From Naegleria gruberi (taxonomy: Eukaryota), in the NCBI GenBank assembly GCA_000004985.1, contig GG738920.1: a stretch of DNA of 64,000 bases; one strand, written 5' to 3'. Position 1 is the first letter of the stretch. Every line of letters begins with the position of its first letter. Both the position numbers and the translations under genes were made by a program. Below, in pieces: positions 19,452 through 31,854 of this stretch. The notes below the pieces were generated by a model. That model worked only from the letters and a program-made list of their open reading frames with translations. It was not told the origin of the DNA and did no database searches.

Positions 19452-21201
19452 TTATCTGAGGGATAATTTCAATTTAAAACCTTCAACTGGAGCAAGGTTT
19501 GGCAAATGTTTGTTGAATTGCATTTCTTGATTTGGATGAGCTAGGTCAATTCTAAACTTTTGGAGAATGGAAATGATGAATGCTTTTTGTTCGAGTTTGG
19601 AAAAGTCGATTCCTGAACAAATTCTTGGTCCATTTCCGAAAGGAACAAAAGAATTTGGAACAATTGACTGCATGAATCTTTCTGGTTTGAATTCTTCTGC
19701 ATCTTGACCCCAGGCATCTCTATTTCTATGAAGTGCATAAATATTGAGAATGAGAAGGAAACCTTTTGGAATCTTGTATCCATCAATGACTTGTGGAGTG
19801 GCCAAACGACGAGGTGGAAGTTGTGGAATTGGTGGATAAATTCTCAAATTTTCCTTAATGACACAATCCAAATATTTCATACTTTGAATCTTTTCATAGT
19901 TTGATAAATCTTCATTACTTCCAAATGTTTCATTAATTTCATTAAGTAATTTTTCTTGAACGTGTGGATGTTTGGCTAGTGAATAAAAGAGGAAAGCTGA
20001 AATAGTTCAATAAGATGATGAACAATAGAAAATTCTATAACAACTTACCTAAAGCCACTGCCGTAGTTTCGTGTCCCGCAAGGAAAAACACAGCGGTGTT
20101 GTTCTTGATATCTTCATTGCTGAGTCCATTCCCTTCTTCATCCACAGAGTCTACCATCATTTTCAAAAGGGTATCTTCCATGGCAGGATCTTTAGATTTT
20201 CTACAATCTTCAATCATTTCACCAATGAACTTGTTAAATTCCTCAATGGACATGTCCATCTTTCTATTTTGTTCTAATGGCAACTTGGTAAAGGCCTTTC
20301 CCAAGAAGAGTCTAGCTGCATTTCCCATATTATTCATCACATAGTGATAGGCTGCAAGGGCTTTCAAATTCTTTTCCGAATCCTTATTTCCACGATTTGG
20401 TATTATTTGATTGAGATAGTCAAAATCAACTCCCAACATGCATAAACCCAAAACATCAAGAGCCATTCTAGTAGTCAAATCAGATGGTGAAATTTCAAAT
20501 TGACTCTTTCCACCAGATAATTCTTTCAATAAATCAACTGCCTTTTGAGAATTTCTCACAAAACAATCAGTAAATCTCTCAATCTTAAAGAAGGCAGGAT
20601 TAATAATTGTTCTATGCTTTCTCCAGACATCTCCATTTGCAAACACAACATTCACACCAAAAAACTTTTGCATATCCTCAGAGAATATCAATGAATCATC
20701 CTTCTCCACATCCTTCCACTTTAAAAAGATTGTTTTTGCAGCAGATGGCGTACTCACCATCATCACTGGAATATTCCCAATAAATCCAAAATGTGGTCTG
20801 AAATTATCAGATCTAATAGCCCTCTCATACGATTGCACCGTTCCATGATTTTGCTTGAACAAATTCACCCACAAACAATAAAAAGTATTAAAATGTTGCA
20901 ATTGATTCACTGGAATTGGCACTGGAGGTTTATAACTCTTCTTTGAATATTGTGGATGCTGTTGATCATGAGGAAGAACATCATCGGAATCATCAGAGGC
21001 TTGTTGCTTGACAATTTTAATCTTTTTCAAGATTGATTTTTCATTGAGGGTGACGAGAAGGTAGGGTATCCCGATTGAAGCTACTGCTATTGAGGAGTAG
21101 ACAGCCCACGGAGGTAAATTTGGTAAATTGTCGAGTTGTAATTGTTCTAACATTTTTTTTTGAATTTTTTTTGCATTTTTAGCTTTTGATGAAATTTTCA
21201 T
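19452..21201 (-). CDS. Cytochrome P450. Two exons: 21201..20049 and 19996..19452, with a 52-nt GTAAGT...CAG intron (20048..19997).
   Basis: The I-helix motif AGHETTA lies at the end of exon 1. After splicing, it has the EXXR/PERF motif (FKPERF) and the heme-binding motif FGNGPRICSG. The splice is in phase 1 and continues AVALAFLFYSLAKHP... Confidence 0.8.
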
Positions 21202-22114
21202 TAAATTGAAATTTTTGATTGGTTAGCGCTCAATTTCCTATTTGGGAAAAAGTGCAATAGCAGTGCTTTCTTTTGATTTAAATCAGCGTATCATCTAATG
21301 GTTCGTTTGTATCTAAGGAAAATGTGCTAAAGATTTTTAAAAATCTGATTGAAAATTTACCATTTTCTCATTGGACCTTTGTATTCTTTAGTAGGAAAAC
21401 AAGAAAAGTTTGTGGTAGGGATCGAATAAGCAACACGATAAAATTTGTAAATTTGCTCCTAGCCAAATTGGATTATCAATGCATTGATAAATATTCTGTG
21501 AAATAATGGGTCTTGACCATTGTTCGAAAGGGAAACATATTATTTCAATATTCTCATTGATTATGTGTTGGCACTTGATAAAGTTGTGTTTGGATTGTTT
21601 TTCAATTAATATTTCTTCTTACAATAACAATTTTCTATTTCGAAAGAAGAAACTTGAGGCCAAATAAGGCATTCAAAAAGGACAACCATCCATGTAATGA
21701 TGTTACTTATTTTAAATATATGTTTATTGATTATCATCATGTTCAAATGACAACAATCATCCAAACTAATATCATTAACATTACATAAATCTATTCTAAA
21801 CTCATTTCTAGCTCGATTAAAGACATTACTTTACCAAATCCCAATCCTATACAACCCAACTTCTTCACATGTATTATCAAAGTACTTTTTAATACCTCAA
21901 TTGTTTATTGTAAAGTTGAACCAAAGAAAGTTTTTAGGCCTAATTTGGAGTTTGCGATCCTAGTAAGGAAAAACATGATTTTCACACCAAGAAAGAAGTT
22001 TGACAGTGGTGCGAGTTGGGATACTTTCAGTGAGAAGGTGATTGTTAATGTTCCTCTTTAAATTGTTACAAAAAATTCTAACTAAAGCTAACGAAACTGA
22101 TCTCAACAGACGAA

Positions 22115-23962
22115 ATGGAGCTAGAGGATGAAGTTGTGTGTTTGGAAGCTAAGAATCCATTATCGGTCGCGTCTACTAACAAAATGTGGTATGATAAACT
22201 ACAACTGTTTACACACTTTACAGCACTTTCGAATGAAGATTCGGATTTATTTCTTCAAGCAAGTGTTGAACAATTAGGAAGAATTTTAAGAAAATACTAT
22301 CGTATAGGAATGGAATCATCAAATTCCTTTCCATCTACACCTTCAAATCCAGTCGATGGTCCATCAATCATCGAGCATGTCGTAAATCATTTACAATTCA
22401 AAAATAATTGCACTCTTGTACATTTGGCAGCTCGATATAACAATGTATTCGTTCTGAATTGGATGTTAACATGTTGCTGTGATGATAACTGTAAGCATGG
22501 AGAACATTCCTTAGAATGTCATGCCAGACAAGAGAAATTATGGTCGGCATGTGACAAGAATTTGTCAACACCCTTATTTTATGCAATTTCTACATCAAAA
22601 ACAAGCTCAGAACAAGCAAATACTGATTCAGATGAAAATTCAACACATCCTTCCCATGAATCAATTGTATTTTTACTAAGTCAACCAAGTGTTAAAACCA
22701 AACAGTTAAATCATCACACAGACACTCATGGAAACCTTCCAATTGTGGTAGCACTTCGAAGAAGAGACTATTCTCTAGCAGATTTACTAATCCTCTTTGG
22801 TGCAAAACTCAATATTACTGTTGGATTGGGACTCGGCACATCAGAGTCCATTCTTCACAGTGCATGCAGAGAACGAGATATGAAATTGCTGAAATTCATT
22901 GGACCTCGTTGTAATAAGGTCCTGTTGAAGAGGAATCAGAGAGATGAGAATTGCCTCTTTTCATGTTTGAAAGATTTCAGGTCGAATCAATTCCAGTCAA
23001 GTGCTAGAGCACATTCGAGCATTTCAATGCATTCGGATTTTTTAAGAGAATTTCTTAATATGGCAAGTTCATTGTTTGGAAGTGATACATTTGAGAAAGC
23101 ATTGATTTTGAAGAATTCATTTGGTAGAAATATTCTGTTGGAATCAGTTGCTTTGAATGATCACGAATCGATGAAAGTCATTTGTCAATTTTTATCAAAT
23201 TATCAGCAGCAACCAGATCGATTGAATGTCAGTGCTAGTAATTTATTATCAAACTCAGAATCAAGCTCGTCAGATTCTGATTTTTCACCTTCTACTTTGA
23301 CTAGTTCATTTTCTTCACCAATTTCTAGATCTAAATCTGCAAAAAGCTCAAATTCTTTATTGGAAACTATTGTATTCGATACTGACAAGCAAGGAAATAG
23401 TATTCTTCATATTATAGCAGGTGCAGTTATCAAGTCAATTGAAAATCTTGAGGATTTCATGTGGTTGTTCGATGGAATGAAATGGCTAATGATATGGATG
23501 GAAAATAATTTTAAACCTAGTTCAGGATTGGATTCTCCTCTTTCTCCTTTGATGCATTCGAATGCGCCAATTCAGTTATCTGTATTTACAAAAGCACACA
23601 AGAATTCTGAAGGATTGACAGTTTCAGATTTGATTTCTAATGCAAGGAGAAGTGACAAGACAGAATGGGCAGTCTCAGTAGTTTCAGAAAAGATGAAAGA
23701 AACCATTCGAAAGTGGAAAAAGCTCGACAATCATGACATTATCGGTGAAGATCACAATGATGATGCAGCAAGCGATTCAAGTTTGGTAATTGGAAGAAAA
23801 TCCAATGCTAGATTTTCCAAGTCTTTTCCAGCTGGTGCCTTAACCATGCTTTCTTCTAATCATACTGTTCAGATAACAATTAACAAGTCAGAAAATCAAC
23901 AACCAACTAGAAACAAACTTGGATTCTTGGCCAAGTTAAAACTTGGAAGAAAAAAGAAATAA
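22115..23962 (+). CDS. Ankyrin-repeat-containing protein (615 aa).
   Basis: Ankyrin-like units are present (CTLVHLAARYNNVFVLNWML; GNLPIVVALRRRDYSLADLLILFGAKLN; ESILHSACRERDMKLLKFI). The C-terminal half is Ser-rich. Confidence 0.55.
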   Translation: MELEDEVVCLEAKNPLSVASTNKMWYDKLQLFTHFTALSNEDSDLFLQASVEQLGRILRKYYRIGMESSNSFPSTPSNPVDGPSIIEHVVNHLQFKNNCTLVHLAARYNNVFVLNWMLTCCCDDNCKHGEHSLECHARQEKLWSACDKNLSTPLFYAISTSKTSSEQANTDSDENSTHPSHESIVFLLSQPSVKTKQLNHHTDTHGNLPIVVALRRRDYSLADLLILFGAKLNITVGLGLGTSESILHSACRERDMKLLKFIGPRCNKVLLKRNQRDENCLFSCLKDFRSNQFQSSARAHSSISMHSDFLREFLNMASSLFGSDTFEKALILKNSFGRNILLESVALNDHESMKVICQFLSNYQQQPDRLNVSASNLLSNSESSSSDSDFSPSTLTSSFSSPISRSKSAKSSNSLLETIVFDTDKQGNSILHIIAGAVIKSIENLEDFMWLFDGMKWLMIWMENNFKPSSGLDSPLSPLMHSNAPIQLSVFTKAHKNSEGLTVSDLISNARRSDKTEWAVSVVSEKMKETIRKWKKLDNHDIIGEDHNDDAASDSSLVIGRKSNARFSKSFPAGALTMLSSNHTVQITINKSENQQPTRNKLGFLAKLKLGRKKK

Positions 23963-23994
23963 AGTATTAGTGAGATACAAATAATATATAGTAT

Positions 23995-25721
23995 TTATTG
24001 GAAGAGAGAAGAGTGGATCTTTTCATTATTGAGATACCAAACTTGATCTGGAATGTTGGAAGCCATTTCTGCCTTCTTGAGTTCCATATATTTTCTTCCT
24101 TGTTCGGTAGATAATAATTCAATCATGCCCTTCATGTATGATAATTCAATTTGAGCATCTGTTGATTTGATATAATTTTGAACTTCAATGTTAGCTTTGG
24201 TTGTTTCATAAGTGACTTGAGAATCAATCTTGGCTTCTTCAACCTTTTCAACTTGCAAGTTTTCATTTTCAATACCGATGAGTTCTTCACGTAATTTTTG
24301 AATTTCAGCTTCTGCCTTAAGTTGTTCCTTTTGAGCTTCTCTGGAGGCTTCAGTTTCCATCTTGTTACAGACAATTCGCATATTAGATTTGATAGATTGG
24401 TTCAAGAGATCATTGATTTGGTTATTAACAGGTGAGATTGATTTAACGTCGATTTCAGAGACTAATAATTTGATTTCATCAAAATAAATACCAAGAACGG
24501 ACTTTTCTTCGTTTCCAACATTGACTTTGGATTCATTGAAAAGGTGCTTTCGAATTAATGATACAGTTCCGCTGTGGAATTCTTCGAATGTGAAAAGAGC
24601 AGCAAGTTCTCTAACTCTTGACATGAGGGTAGCACAAATATATCCAATAAAGTCAAGCATTCTGAACATGACATGTGAATCTGATTCATCAACCAAAAAT
24701 TCCCACTTGTAAGTTAACAAAATGCTGAGTTCAGCATTGTCCTTTGTACTGACACGGAAAGAATCAGAAACGAAATCTGGACCTCTCATAATTTTGGCGG
24801 CCTTAATTTGTTTGATTTGTTTTGGCTTACCAGCAGACAACCAGAGACACTTAACGTGTTCCTCAGGTGAGAGAATGTATGAGGTTGGTCCATTGATAAT
24901 TCTTTCATTTCTTTCAGCATCCAAAACACAAACTACTTGTTTCTTTTCAAGACGAATAACAGTAGCCATATAATCCGAGCTAGTAGGTAATCCAAGAGCA
25001 GTCTTTTCCATATCAGTGTATTGCTTATAGTACAATTCTTCAGTTGCTTTCAAAATATAACATGCAGGTCCCTTAACTAACTTCTTTTCGGAAGTTTCAG
25101 TATCTTGAACATAAATACCTTCATTTTCATTGATCATGATGGCATTAACAGTTTTCATAACTTCAGTATCCTTATCTGGAATAAATCTGGCTGGTCCTTT
25201 AATTTGATAAACATCACCGGCCTAATTTAACAATAAAATAAATTGCTCAAATGATTACTAAGAATACAAACCTTCAAATCAACTTCCTTTCCATCAATTT
25301 CTATCTTCTTATCAACCAAACATCTCAATCTCAAAGCTTGGTTTGGTTTCAAAATATGAACATCAGTAATAGCTTCAATGACTTCATTTCTATGCAATGC
25401 CAAAGCCTTTGGTCCTTCAATAACACGACGTTCACCCATCAAGTTTCTTTCTTCCTCATAATCATATGGATTTTTAATAATAACATATTGTCCTTCCTAT
25501 TATCAGTGTAATTATTTAACAACAGCGATGATAATACAATGATGATGATCAACATGTTGTATTGTTGTGTGGTCACTTACCTTGATGATTGACAAATTTT
25601 GTGTATTAATGATGGCTTCATTGGCTCTCAAAGCAATACGTTTTGGACCAATTTCAATCTTGACAACACCCGAATCATTATCAAGAATGTGTACATAAGT
25701 ATTTGGATTTAGAACGTTCAT
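23995..25721 (-). CDS. MVP: Major vault protein homologue, unusually short at about 530 aa. Three exons: 25721..25581, 25496..25272 and 25221..23995.
   Basis: Exon 1 (MNVLNPNTYVHILDNDSGVVKIEIGPK) matches the MVP N-terminus (YIHVLDQNSNVSRVEVGPK). Exon 2 carries NQALRLR and exon 3 carries ENEGIYVQD. The shoulder motif LSAGKPKQ...RGPDFVSD...LTYKWEF corresponds to LSAGRPKR...GPDFFTD...LAYNWHF. The introns are GTAAGT (84 nt) and GTTTGT (50 nt). All three junctions are in phase 0. Confidence 0.65.
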
Positions 25722-26155
25722 GATGATGATAATAGTACTTTGTTGTATGATACAAATTTAAAAAAGAATATATAACTGTGTTAGTGGCTATTGTCTTCCT
25801 GTTTTTTTCTCTAATGAAAAAACATTAATACTTGCAAGTGGCTTTTGATCAAAAAAAGTTCATAACAAGAAGAGATGTTCCGTGTGTTGGTTGTGTGGCA
25901 CAAATCTTCTTCACAGAGATGAACATATGAAAATATTTTTTTGGTCGGTACCTTTTTAGTACCTTACACAAAGATACAACAATGAACTTGTAAAGTTTTG
26001 CAAAACATGAAAGAGATCAAAATCATTTTGTTTTGGTTGAACAACATAGTAAGGTACCTACCAACACATTGAACTCTGTAAATTGATTGAATAATTGGGT
26101 GAGTATTACAATATGAGTTTACAAAGAGATATTTACTAATAATAACAAAAATAAA

Positions 26156-26968
26156 TTAAAGGGTGTCAAGAGCAACTCGTTCTTGTGTGAAACAGTCAAC
26201 TGGAGTGATAATGATTGGAGGAAGAAGTGATTTGATGGAAGAGTTAGAGCCTGCTTGGAAATCTTGTTGAGCAAGGTCTAATTGTTTGAGTTCTCGAAGA
26301 GAAGAACCTCTAATGAGATAGTCCTCTTTAGTGAGAGGTAGGGAATTTTGTTTTCTATAGTTGATGTAAGAGGTGAGAGCTTCCACTGATTTTACAAGTA
26401 ATTCCCTTCTCGAATCATACAAGACATATTCGTAATAATAACTAATTCCAAGAAGTTTGAGAGTATTTGGATCATTTGGTACATGTTTCAAATACGTTTC
26501 CAAATCCTTAATGCATCTATCGAGTCTCTTCAATTGATAATAGCACAATCCTCTATTGAAATAGCACTCGTAAAAATCTGGATGATTGGCTATTGCTTTA
26601 GAATAATCCTTGATAGCACTTGAATAATTGCTATCAAAGTAAAATAAATTTCCTCTCCTATAGAAAACCTCTGGATGGAATGGATTAATTTCCTTAGCTT
26701 TTTGCAAATCCTGATATGAATTGGTAATCACTCCTCTATAGATGAAGGACCATAGAATTTGCTTATCAATGGTAAATTCCTTGGTTGGTGGTTTTTTAGA
26801 AATTGCAATCACTTCCTTTCCCTTCTCTATAACTTTTGTGAAAAATTCTGTAGCTTCCTTGTACTTTTTCTGGTTGTATCCATCCACAGCAACATGAAAT
26901 ATCTTGGTTGTGTACAAGTGTTGATTGGAAAATACCTTCTCATGAATATCCGATAACAATCCATCCAC
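26156..26968 (-). CDS. TPR-repeat protein. Only the 3' exon is resolved, and the true start lies in unresolved upstream exon(s).
   Basis: TPR motifs are present (AIKDYSKAIANHPDFYECYFNRGLCYYQLKRLDRCIKDLETYLKHVPNDPNT). The listed 'M' is a GTG. The frame stays open upstream to a stop near 27149 with no in-frame ATG. That upstream stretch includes an HHHHHH run, so a spliced 5' exon is required. Confidence 0.4.
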   Translation of the reverse strand: MDGLLSDIHEKVFSNQHLYTTKIFHVAVDGYNQKKYKEATEFFTKVIEKGKEVIAISKKPPTKEFTIDKQILWSFIYRGVITNSYQDLQKAKEINPFHPEVFYRRGNLFYFDSNYSSAIKDYSKAIANHPDFYECYFNRGLCYYQLKRLDRCIKDLETYLKHVPNDPNTLKLLGISYYYEYVLYDSRRELLVKSVEALTSYINYRKQNSLPLTKEDYLIRGSSLRELKQLDLAQQDFQAGSNSSIKSLLPPIIITPVDCFTQERVALDTL

Positions 26969-27868
26969 CTTTTGTCCGTATCTCCGATATTGATTGCTAT
27001 TAATCCAACAATGATTAATAGTATTTACATTACATTTTACACTTTCTAATTGTGATAGACTATTCCGATGTTGTTGAATGGTGGAGTAATGATATGTACA
27101 ATGTAAATGATGATGATGATGAAGATTTTCCTTCAGGTTGTTGTTGTCCTATCAGTGTCCTATTATTATTCTTGTTGATGATAAAAGAACCAATGAAGTC
27201 TTTTATCCGAGGAGTAACAGCCGAAGAACAATGTTTTTGCATTTTTTTTTAATAATATTAAATTTTAGATTGTCATTTACAAACTTGGTCAACTCAACCA
27301 ATTATGATTATGGTCAAGGCTGAAAATTGAAAGTATACTCTGTGTCTATGATCTCCAGTTCGAATCTGTCCTATTAATCCAAAGTAAAAATTGGTATTTT
27401 TGAAGTAATTGAGCTTTTGAGTCAAATTCTGAGAATCAAAAGAAAGAAATTGGTTTCAAGTCAGATATAGAGTTATATATCTGTTTTTCTCAATCTATTT
27501 TGTCTGTTTTAGAATGTTGAAAAGGAATTTCTAACCAATTTTCTTGCACCAATTTTGAATTCTTAATAAAAGCTTCCAAGATGGAACTCATTTGAAGCCA
27601 ACAAATAACAATACATGGAACGTTCATACAGGTCACTATCCAGTATCCAACAACAGGTCCACAAATTAGAAAAACAATTCCACAGCAGCCCCTAAATCTT
27701 TCTTCCACTTTCCTTCCAATTAGAGTTGAAATCGAAGCTCAAACAAAGAAAAATTGTAAAAAAACTCCAAAAAATTTAAAAACAAAAAAAATTACATCGC
27801 GAAAATTCAAAATTTTTCTTCTTTTTTTGCTTCTAGTTGAGAATTGATCGGTCCGAGGCTTTTTTATA

Positions 27869-30800
27869 ATGTCGATGAATTATAATTCCTCCACTCCAAT
27901 GACGATTGGTAATGGTGAAGATCTTCAATTGTATCAATCAACATCGCCTATCGGTGCTGGTACAATGATGGCAAGTAATAGAAATTCCTATGTTGATGAT
28001 ACTTCGAGTCAAATTGCTATCAATGCCAATTTGCAACAAGATGTGCTTGCTGATAGAGTGAAAGTTAATATTCTTGTTAAAAGTAGAGCTATTGTACGTA
28101 TTTCATTACAAAAACCAATATTTACACTATTTAATAATACTATTTTACAATAATCTATTCCATCACAGTTATTGAAAACTCTTGCAGAAGAAAGACAAAG
28201 ATACTGTATTTGGATATTGATCATTGTCATGTCCATATTATTAACATTTGTTCCAAGTATTATTTCATTAATAATTACCTTGGTAACCATGGATCCAGAT
28301 GCAGGTCCAAAACTAATCAGAGTTGGACTTATTAATACTTATTCAAGAGATTCTATGTATGAAACAGCTTATACCAGTTTTTACAGTTCTTTACGTAAAG
28401 ACGGTTGCTGTAATAAGCGTGATGATTGGTCTGGTTATACTATAGAATGTCCAATTGCTGATTTTAATTTTCTATTGAGTTATCAACAGGGTACAAATGA
28501 AAATGTGTTGGGTTATGTTAATTTATATAATGAATCTGCAGGTTTACTTGATAGCGTTTATCATCCTTGTAAGTTTTTTAATTTTGAAAATTATTCAAGT
28601 ATTGATTGATTTACATTTTATTGATTTGATGTGATTAAATAGGTAATAGAGAAACACCTACTAGTTTATGTAAAACATCACCTACATTTATTAAGGATAA
28701 ATCAATTGATCCAAGTGAAATTTTAAAATCTAATTTCAAGTATAATGAAACTATTAAGAAATTTAATTCAATTATTAATGTAAAAAAGAGTGAAAATGTG
28801 AATTCTAATTTACAATTAAATTTAGAAATAACATCCTATTATAAGCAAGTTTATAATCAATTGATTTCATTAATTCTTAAAACAGTTATAGAATCATTGC
28901 CTGATAGTAATATAAATCCCATTACTCATACTACTTTAAGATTTAATAACGATCCTTCAACTAGTTCTCTTATGGCACTTGGTACTACTGACTTTATTCC
29001 ATTAATTACATTAGCCATTATTCCTATTTGCTTATCTTTATTATTCCCTGTTTTTATTGATAGTTTTGCACAGGATAGATCAGGTGGTATGATGGAAATT
29101 ATCGAATTGGTATGTTTACACATTCAAATTGTTATTTAATATTTAATTGTAAATTTAGTATGGTATTACAAGTACTTTACATGCAGTTGTTAAAACATGT
29201 TTCTTTTATGGTATTTATGTAATTTATGTTGTTGCTCAAATTGTAGTTGGTTTGGCATTCCAAAATCCCTTCTTTTTAAAGAATAAGTAAGTTGTTATTT
29301 CAATAATTTAAATTAATTGTTTTAATAATTAAATAGTGCAGGCATTTATATCACCGCATTACTAATTTGGGGTATTACCATCATTTCTATTGCTAATGTA
29401 ATCTCTGTATTTAAGGTTAAATCAGGATATTTTATTGGTTTTTGTTTGTTAATCTTTGGATTTTTAGGATCCATTGTTGCTATATTTGTATTCTCTAATG
29501 GAATAATGCCATATTATTTGTTATTAATTCCAAGTATTGCCTTTTTGAGAATCTTACTCTTGATGATTTTGCCAAGTATGTTAGTTCCTATTGAAGGAAA
29601 TTATGGTGAACAAGTGGTAATTGCCTATGCCTTCTTAATTGGAGTTACATTAATTATTGCATTGGCTGTACCAGTTGCAAATTTAGTAATCTTGTTATTT
29701 AAAAAATTATACAAATTATTGAAAGCTAAAAAATTATCACAAGAAACAATGAAATTGAAGGATAATTTCAATAAGAATTATTCCACAGATGCAGTAGCTA
29801 CACCACACGATGTTGATAAGGTTGCTGATGATACTGTTGAAAGAGAAGTTCAATACGTTTTAAACAATACAAATATGGAAAACAATGTCATTGAAGTTAG
29901 ACAATTGACTAAAAGATATGGATCAAAGGTTGCTGTCAACAATGTTACATTTTGTATCCCTAGAGGTATTTGCTTTGGTTTGTTGGGTAACAATGGTGCT
30001 GGTAAAACTACAACTGTTAATTGTATTCTTGGTTTGGAATTTCCATATGAAGGAATTTGTACTTGTATGTATATTTAATTATTTCCTAATTAATATTTAA
30101 TTTATAATAGTGTCTGGTAAAGATATTAACAGTACAGATAGCAATATTTTAGCTACCAGAATTGGGTGTGTTCATCAATTTGATAGATTTTTCGGTATTA
30201 CAGTTTTAGATCAATTGAAATTCTTTGCTGCTATTAAGGGAATTCCTAGAAAATTAATTGAAAAACATATTGATGAAATTTTGCAAGATGTTGGTTTGAC
30301 AGAAGCTAGAAGAAGAAATTGTAAAGATTTATCAGGTGGTATGCAAAGAAGATTATCTTTAGCTATTGCCATGATTGGTAAACCTGAATTATTAATTTTG
30401 GACGAAGTTACTGGTGGTATGTATTGAATAATATTATTGGAATATTTAACAATTTAAATTTAACTAATATAGGATTGGATCCATTGAGTGCACATGGTAT
30501 TCATATGATTTTAAAGAAATATATGGAAGATAAGAATAGAGCTATTTTGACATTGACTCACTCTATGGAAGAAACTGAAATTTTGTGTGATAAAGTTGGT
30601 ATTCTCGTTAATGGTGAAATGAAAACTATTGGAACACTTCACGAGTTAAAGACCAAGTATGGTAAAGGTTACAAGTTATACGTCCAAACATCAAGTACAG
30701 AATATAATGAAGTTGCTAGAAATTATGTTCAAACCTCATTGGTTGAAAATGGAATTCCACCTAATTTAATTTCACACAATGAAACTTTTGCAAACAGATT

Positions 30801-30987
30801 GGAATTTAGAATTGGTAATCATCAAAACGATAGCAAACAATTATTAGAAACTCTATTCAAAGTAATGACTAGAAAGGAAGCTAAGCATGCATTCATTGTC
30901 GATTGGACTTGTACAATGGCATCATTGGAAGAAGTTTTTATTAGAAAAGTTAAATGGCAATATGAAAATGATACTGTTCAACAATAA
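27869..30987 (+). CDS. ABCA-type ABC half transporter, about 919 aa. Seven exons: 27869..28093, 28169..28568, 28643..29109, 29159..29286, 29337..30064, 30111..30416 and 30473..30987.
   Basis: It has TM1, then a Cys-containing extracellular loop, then a TM bundle ([13 protein letters not shown]). The NBD has Walker [10 protein letters not shown], the signature [10 protein letters not shown] and Walker [11 protein letters not shown]|LDPLS. The introns are GTACGT, GTAAGT or GTATGT ... YAG (46-75 nt). Every splice was checked to restore the frame, for example ...EGICT|LSGKDI and TGG|LDPL. Confidence 0.7.
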
Positions 30988-31042
30988 ATTATTAAAATTA
31001 ATTGAACTCCACAAATCCAATATTATTTCTCAATTCAAAAGA

Positions 31043-31708
31043 TTATTCTGATTTTAATGATACAGTTTCTGGTTTCTTCAATAGTTTAATCAACAAGTAG
31101 ATTAAATAATGCAAAATTGATGCCAAAATGACAGCAAAAACACAGAAAATTCCAAATTCCAAGAATGACCAAGAAGCCATGAATGGATAAGGCCAATATC
31201 CCTTCATGTGTTTTGAAAGTCCAGTAAAACTGAGATAGGCCACTGGAATACACAATACCATATAGAATTTTCTCTTCCAAATTCCATGTAAAACATCACT
31301 TGTTGATCTAACAAGAATCAACTCTATCAACACCAAAATTCCAGGCACAGTATGATGTAAATGATTCAATCCATCAGGATAGTACATTCCCTTCGGAACC
31401 ATATTCTCAGGATCAAGCCAATAAATACTCCAAAACAAGGAAACTGTAGCGAGAGCCATCAATAAAGTCAAATGGAATAAATCATTTAATATACTATTTG
31501 ATGATCGTTGATTTTTTGTATTGCCACCAAACAAGCCTTCCAACAATGATAATCCGAAATAAATAACTTGAACACAACCAGTCCACAAGGTGAACATTTT
31601 CAAAATCATTGATAATGATAAAATTCCAATAAGATGCATCCAATAGAAGGCAGCTAATTGAGAGGAAATAGCCACGAAATGAAAAAGCAGGGTGAGTCCT
31701 TTAGCCAT
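31043..31708 (-). CDS. FAR-17a/AIG1 (androgen-induced gene 1 / ADTRP) family multi-pass membrane protein.
   Basis: Similarity to AIG1 is recalled from memory. FWSIYWLDPENMVPKGMYYPDGLNHLHHTVPGILVLIELILVRS corresponds to [52 protein letters not shown] corresponds to GMWVYPF. It has 5-6 TM helices. Confidence 0.5.
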   Translation of the reverse strand: MAKGLTLLFHFVAISSQLAAFYWMHLIGILSLSMILKMFTLWTGCVQVIYFGLSLLEGLFGGNTKNQRSSNSILNDLFHLTLLMALATVSLFWSIYWLDPENMVPKGMYYPDGLNHLHHTVPGILVLIELILVRSTSDVLHGIWKRKFYMVLCIPVAYLSFTGLSKHMKGYWPYPFMASWSFLEFGIFCVFAVILASILHYLIYLLIKLLKKPETVSLKSE

Positions 31709-31854
31709 TTTTTTATATTTGTTTTTCCGATCTCTTCCGACAAGAATTAGTGCGATTAATGCGATTCAAACTCCTTAATCAATATTCCCTTATTTATTGA
31801 TATGATGGATTAGTAGAGAATGGATGGTTTGCAGTATTTGAGTTATTAGAGGAA

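Noticed and set aside
27060-27242. The minus-strand ORF MQKHCSS...SSSSSS as exon 1 of the TPR gene.
   Set aside because: It ends in a TAG that is offset by one nucleotide from the TPR frame, and no GT donor precedes the stop. The (GAT)n microsatellite it spans reads as His6 in the TPR frame. It is likely a frame artefact.
27290-27372. tRNA-like fragment with a T-loop-like GTTCGAATC followed by ...ATTAATCCA.
   Set aside because: I could not build a 7-bp acceptor stem or a convincing T-stem (3 of 5 pairs), and there is no D-arm. It is probably a chance match or a decayed tRNA-derived remnant, not a functional gene.
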